Shown: one piece after another, positions 59,889 to 64,000 of the stretch | Position numbering within the stretch: the stretch's first letter is position 1 | Layout of the letters: every line of letters starts with the position of its first letter | Assembly: GCA_965199715.1 (NCBI GenBank) | Contig: OZ241322.1 | Coordinates: 704,001 to 768,000 of the forward strand | Source: Vicinamibacteria bacterium | GTDB lineage: Bacteria > Acidobacteriota > Vicinamibacteria > Marinacidobacterales > Marinacidobacteraceae | Direction: 5' to 3' | Length of the DNA stretch: 64,000 nucleotides | Position numbers and translations under genes: made by a program | Notes under the pieces: model-generated | What the model was told of the DNA's origin: nothing | The model's input: the letters and a program-made list of their open reading frames with translations, nothing else | Database searches by the model: none

Positions 59889-61349
59889 CGCGTTCGTGCT
59901 CAGCAAACAGGCTGACCACGGCAATGCGCTGTGTACTTGGGGGCCTTTGGACCAGCGTCATTATCACCTGTTCGGGCGTCAGGCGATCCCCATGGTGTGG
60001 GACTTCGCCGAAACCAATTTCTTCTCCGATTCTGCGGGGAGCGTGACGAGCGGTATCCGTTGGTCGGTCGAGTGTCTCAAGCGTCTTCCCGCACATCTCC
60101 GTGGAGGCGGCGTCGGGCGCGAAGCCCAAACGCAGGGACTGAGCCAGGACAAGGTCGTATCGACCGATCCGCCGTATTACGACAACATCGGCTACGCCGA
60201 TCTCTCGGACTTCTTCTACGTCTGGCTGCGTCGCTCCCTAAAGGGAGTGTTTCCGGATCTATTCTCAACTCTAGCGGTGCCCAAAGCAGCTGAGCTGGTA
60301 GCAACCCCGTATCGCCACGGAGGTCGAGACGTGGCAGAAACATTCTTTGTTGACGGGATGTTTCGGGCGCTTTGTCGGCTAGCTGAACGTACGCACTTGG
60401 GCTTCCCAGTAACCGTCTATTATGCCTTCAAGCAATCAGAAACTAAGAGAGACGAAGGTACTACAAGCACCGGTTGGGAGACGTTCCTGGGTGCCGTCAT
60501 TCGATCTGGCTTCACGGTTACGGGAACATGGCCGATGCGCACCGAGCGGAGCGCTCGGACGACGGCCATTGGCGCCAACGCGCTCGCCTCGTCCATCGTG
60601 CTGGTCTGCCGGCGGCGGCCCGACGACGCTCCGGCCGCGACCCGCCGCGAGTTCCTGACCGAGCTTCGCGCCGAGCTTCCCGGCGCCCTGCGCCTGCTCC
60701 AGTCGGGCAACGTCGCCCCGGTGGACCTGGCGCAGGCCGCCATCGGTCCGGGCATGGCCGTGTACACGCGCCACGGGAAGGTGCTCGACGCGGAAGGAAA
60801 GACCATGACGGTTCGGGAGGCCCTGGCCGCGATCAACCGCACGCTCGACGAGGTGCTCGCCGAGCAGGAGGGGGACTTCGACGCGGACACTCGCTGGGCG
60901 CTCGCGTGGTTCGAGCAGTTCGGGTTCGACAAGGGCGACTTCGGCGAGGCGAACACGCTGGCCAACGCGAAGAACACCAGCGTGGACGGCTTGGACGAGG
61001 CCGGAGTCCTCAAGTCGAAGGGCGGCGAGGTGTGGCTGCTGAGGCCGGAGGATCTGGACGAGTCGTGGGATCCGGAGACGGACCGACGCCTGACCGTCTG
61101 GGAGGCTGTCCACCACCTCGTCCGTCGCCTCGACAAGGACGGCGAGGCGGGCGCCGCGGAGGTCGTCGCCAAGCTCGGCGGTCGTGCGGAAGCGGCCCGC
61201 GAGCTCTGTTACAGCCTCTACACGCTGTGCGAGCGGAAGCAGCGGGCCGCCGAGGCGCGCGCGTACAACCGGCTGGTCCAGAGCTGGCCCGAGATCGCGC
61301 GGCTGTCGGAGTCCGCGAGGCACCGACAGGCGTCCGTTTTCGGAAACGA

Positions 61350-61368
61350 CTGAGCGGGGGCCGCTCAG
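61350..61368 (+). terminator. GC-rich hairpin at the stop codon of DUF1156 copy B
   Basis: CTGAGCGG-ggg-CCGCTCAG perfect 8-bp stem; no U-tract. Confidence 0.3.
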
Positions 61369-61923
61369 CGCGCGGGCCGGACCCCGCCCTCCGGCGGAGC
61401 CCGTACCCCGCACGGAACACATCCGGAATGTTCACTCGTCCGGAAGCGGCGGCAGGGCTTTCCTGACTCGCTTTCGCACATCGTCGAATGCGACGAATCT
61501 CGAGGTCATCGGCTCTCATCCAACGAGATGCGCTCGTTCAAGCGGCGAACAGCCGCGTCCCGATGCGGACCGACGTCCGCTCGCCCGAGTCGCGATCGGT
61601 GCGCATGGCGGCTGTGGACGGACCCGTTCCCGAGCGGCCACAACCTGTCCACATGAACTCGGAATTTCTTCTCCTGCGGCCCGCCATCGGGTTCCGTGGG
61701 AATGCCCAGGAACACCAACGCATGCCTGAGAGCCCGCACTCCGCGCTCAGCCCGCAGAGATTGTCGGCGTTGGGCCAACGCTCGCAGTCGCGAAGCAGTT
61801 CCGCGTCCTCGAAAGTCCACTCGCAGCCCCATCGATCATCCCCCCCCCACGTCGAATCACAGCCATCCCACGGACCGCGGACGACGCGCCGGAAGCATGC
61901 CCGCCGCCGACTTTCTTCGGCCG

Positions 61924-64000
61924 CTACGTCGGGAATCCGGCGAGACCGGCGGCGGACGGCGCCGCCAGTTCGCTGCGGGCCTGATCGTTCAGCCACTCCG
62001 CGCGGCTGCCCGTGACCTCGCGGGTGACGCGCAGGACGTTCTCGATCTGCTCGGCGACCGCGGGCACGTGGGAGATCACGGCCACCATCCGGCCCGCCGC
62101 GACGCTCTGGAGCGCCTCCACCGCGACGTCCACGTTGCCGGCGTCCAGCGACCCGAATCCCTCGTCGAGGAAGAACGACTCGAGCCGGCCGCCGGTGCGC
62201 TCCATCATCTCGACCATCCCGAGCGACAGCGAGAGCGACGCGAGGAATTGCTCGCCGCCCGACAGGCTCGCCGGCGCGCGGGGCGTTCCCGAGTCGGCGT
62301 CGAGGATGCGCCAGGGATCGTCCGGTTCTTCCGGCTCCACGAAGGCGTAGCGGCCCCCGCTGACTTCCTTCAGCTTCTCGGAGGCGTGGATGAGGAGGTT
62401 CCGCGAACGCCGGAGGGTGAGCCACTTGAGGAACTGCCCGCCCTTGAGCGCGTCGGCGAGCCCGGCGAGCGCGTCCCGCTTGCGGGTCACGTCGCGGAGG
62501 AGGTCGAGCAGGCGGCGGACGGGGCCCGCGATCCTTGCGAACCGCTCCTCTTCCTTCCGGGCGGTTCGCTCCTCGTAGCCGGCTTCCCTTGCGCGGGCCT
62601 GCGCCGACGCGACGACTTCGTCTGGACCGCCGCCGCCAAGTTCCCGGAAGCGGGCGCGGGCCGCCGCCTGCTTCGCCCCGGCCCGCTCGGCCAAGCCGGC
62701 GGCGGCGGCGGCGACGGCCGCGCGACCCGACCGGAGCGCCTCGAGTTCCGGCGGTCCGACGGGCTCCAGACCGAGGCGATCGGCGGCCAGCAAGAGGATG
62801 TCCCGGTACTTGCCGCGCTGCGCGTGGATGCGCTTGAGCGGGCCTTCCAGGTCCCGCTGGCGGCGGGCGGCGAGTTCCGCGCGGGCTTCGTCGTTCCGGC
62901 GGCGCTCGCGCACAAGGCGGTCCCTGTCCCGCTGCCGGTCGGCCAGCGTCTCCTTGCGGGCCCGCGCCGCCCGCCAGGCCTCGGCGATGGGTTCGGGCTC
63001 GGGGAGGGGGCGAAACGCCGGGGGAACGCCGTTCAGCGCTCGAGTCAGTTCCGCCTGCGCCCGCGCCGCTCGGTCCCGGCCTCGCTCGGCGGCTCCGTGC
63101 GCGTCGCTGGCCTCACGCTCCAGACCCTCGGCGATGCGCTCGTGCTCGCCGACGCGCTGGCGCGCCTCGTCGAGCGGAACCGGCGCCTCCACCGGACCGA
63201 TCCCCGCAATCTGTTCCCGGTGGGATGCGACGTCCCGGTCGCACTTGGCCGCCTCCCGAACGGCCGCGCGCGCCGCTCGCTCGGCCTCGTCCAGACCGAT
63301 CGCCGGCGGAGCCTCCCAGCCCTCGGGAAGCTCGCTGGCGCAGACCGGGCAGAAATCGCCGGGATGGAGGTCCGCCGCCGCGTGCGCCGCGGACTGGGAC
63401 CGTCGCTTCGCCGCGAGCCGCGCTTCCGCCGTCGCCGCCTCCCGCCGCGCTCGCTCCGCCTCTTCGACGAGCCCCGGTTCTTGGCGCCGCAACGCTGCGA
63501 GTCGCTCGGCGGCTTCCGCCCGGCGCAGCTCATTCTCAAGCGCCGGAAGCGCGCTGACGTGCGCCTGAAGCCGCGCCTCGGCGTCGCTGGCCGCCTGGTC
63601 AAGACGGCTGGTCTCGTCGAGGCGCGCGCGAGCGACGAGGTCCTCGAGTCCTTCGAGGCGGGCGAGCGCGGCCTCGACGTCCGCCTCCCCCGGTCCGTCG
63701 TCCTCGGGAAGCGCGCGAAGCTCGTCGTCCAGGGCCTCGCGCCGGCGTTCGAGTTCTCCGGCGCGTTCGTCAAACGTGCGAGCGCGCTCCTCGAGCGGCG
63801 CGGACTCCGCCTCAAGCGCGTCAAGGTCCACCGCCTCCAGATCGCGGCGGACTGCCGCCGCCAAACCCGCGTCGACGTCCGCCGACTCGAGCGCCGCCTT
63901 CGCGCCGAGCGCCTCCTTCTCGGTCAGGGCGGCCGCCTGGACGCGCTCCGCCGCCGCGCCGAGCGCCTCCCGAAGCGCGACGAGGTGCGCCTCGGGGTTC
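61924..64000 (-). CDS. sbcC: SbcC/Rad50-like SMC ATPase, C-terminal part (starts beyond the window)
   Basis: CPVC zinc hook, coiled coil, LSGGEQF, FFLDEGFGSLD and VISH motifs. Confidence 0.85.
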   Translation of the reverse strand, partial: NPEAHLVALREALGAAAERVQAAALTEKEALGAKAALESADVDAGLAAAVRRDLEAVDLDALEAESAPLEERARTFDERAGELERRREALDDELRALPEDDGPGEADVEAALARLEGLEDLVARARLDETSRLDQAASDAEARLQAHVSALPALENELRRAEAAERLAALRRQEPGLVEEAERARREAATAEARLAAKRRSQSAAHAAADLHPGDFCPVCASELPEGWEAPPAIGLDEAERAARAAVREAAKCDRDVASHREQIAGIGPVEAPVPLDEARQRVGEHERIAEGLEREASDAHGAAERGRDRAARAQAELTRALNGVPPAFRPLPEPEPIAEAWRAARARKETLADRQRDRDRLVRERRRNDEARAELAARRQRDLEGPLKRIHAQRGKYRDILLLAADRLGLEPVGPPELEALRSGRAAVAAAAAGLAERAGAKQAAARARFRELGGGGPDEVVASAQARAREAGYEERTARKEEERFARIAGPVRRLLDLLRDVTRKRDALAGLADALKGGQFLKWLTLRRSRNLLIHASEKLKEVSGGRYAFVEPEEPDDPWRILDADSGTPRAPASLSGGEQFLASLSLSLGMVEMMERTGGRLESFFLDEGFGSLDAGNVDVAVEALQSVAAGRMVAVISHVPAVAEQIENVLRVTREVTGSRAEWLNDQARSELAAPSAAGLAGFPT

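Larger units (their letters stand above)
58424..61353 (+). pseudogene. DUF1156 adenine-specific DNA methyltransferase, copy B (full length, frameshifted at about 59596-59712 in this sequence)
   Basis: N-terminal half in the frame ending 59650 and C-terminal half in the frame ending 61353; DPFAGGG and TDPPYYD intact; C-terminus YNRLVQSWPEI present. Confidence 0.88.

Noticed and set aside
52226-61353. Diversity-generating retroelement as the explanation for the repeated variable genes
   Set aside because: No reverse transcriptase, and the differences are block-wise rather than adenine-specific
61414-61434. GAACA...TGTTC dyad downstream of copy B as a LexA box
   Set aside because: Spacing does not fit GAAC-N4-GTTC and no clear gene start follows

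Overview
Very GC-rich bacterial DNA (roughly 70%+ by eye). The gene content suggests Acidobacteriota or a similar lineage (DUF1549/1553-DUF1501 cluster, PD40/M28-PDZ pair, tandem amidohydrolases, multiheme-TPR protein), but this is inference only. Most of the window is ordinary housekeeping and metabolism: lepA-hemW, pheS-pheT, metG, tyrA, an Fe3+ ABC transporter with a Fur-like box, cofE-npdG and sbcC. Three patches carry DNA-modification or defence genes. (1) About 1.6-3.0 kb: a type I HsdM stub joined to a PIN toxin flanked by two paralogous small ORFs. (2) About 26.9-31.7 kb: an MT-A70 methyltransferase and an apparently internally deleted BglII/BstYI-like nuclease, bracketed by a 141-bp diverged direct repeat, next to AlkB and Fic genes. 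(3) About 52.2-61.4 kb, the most striking: two divergently oriented paralogues of a DUF1156 adenine-specific DNA methyltransferase. They alternate between nearly identical DNA blocks and strongly divergent blocks, and they enclose two tandem tyrosine recombinases (one fused to an AbrB-like domain) and a nuclease gene with a SeqA-like C-terminus. The layout resembles invertible hsdS shufflons but acts on a DUF1156 methyltransferase, making it a candidate recombinase-driven methylation-specificity switch. No tRNA, rRNA or CRISPR array was recognised. All calls rest on motif recognition by eye; no database searches were run.
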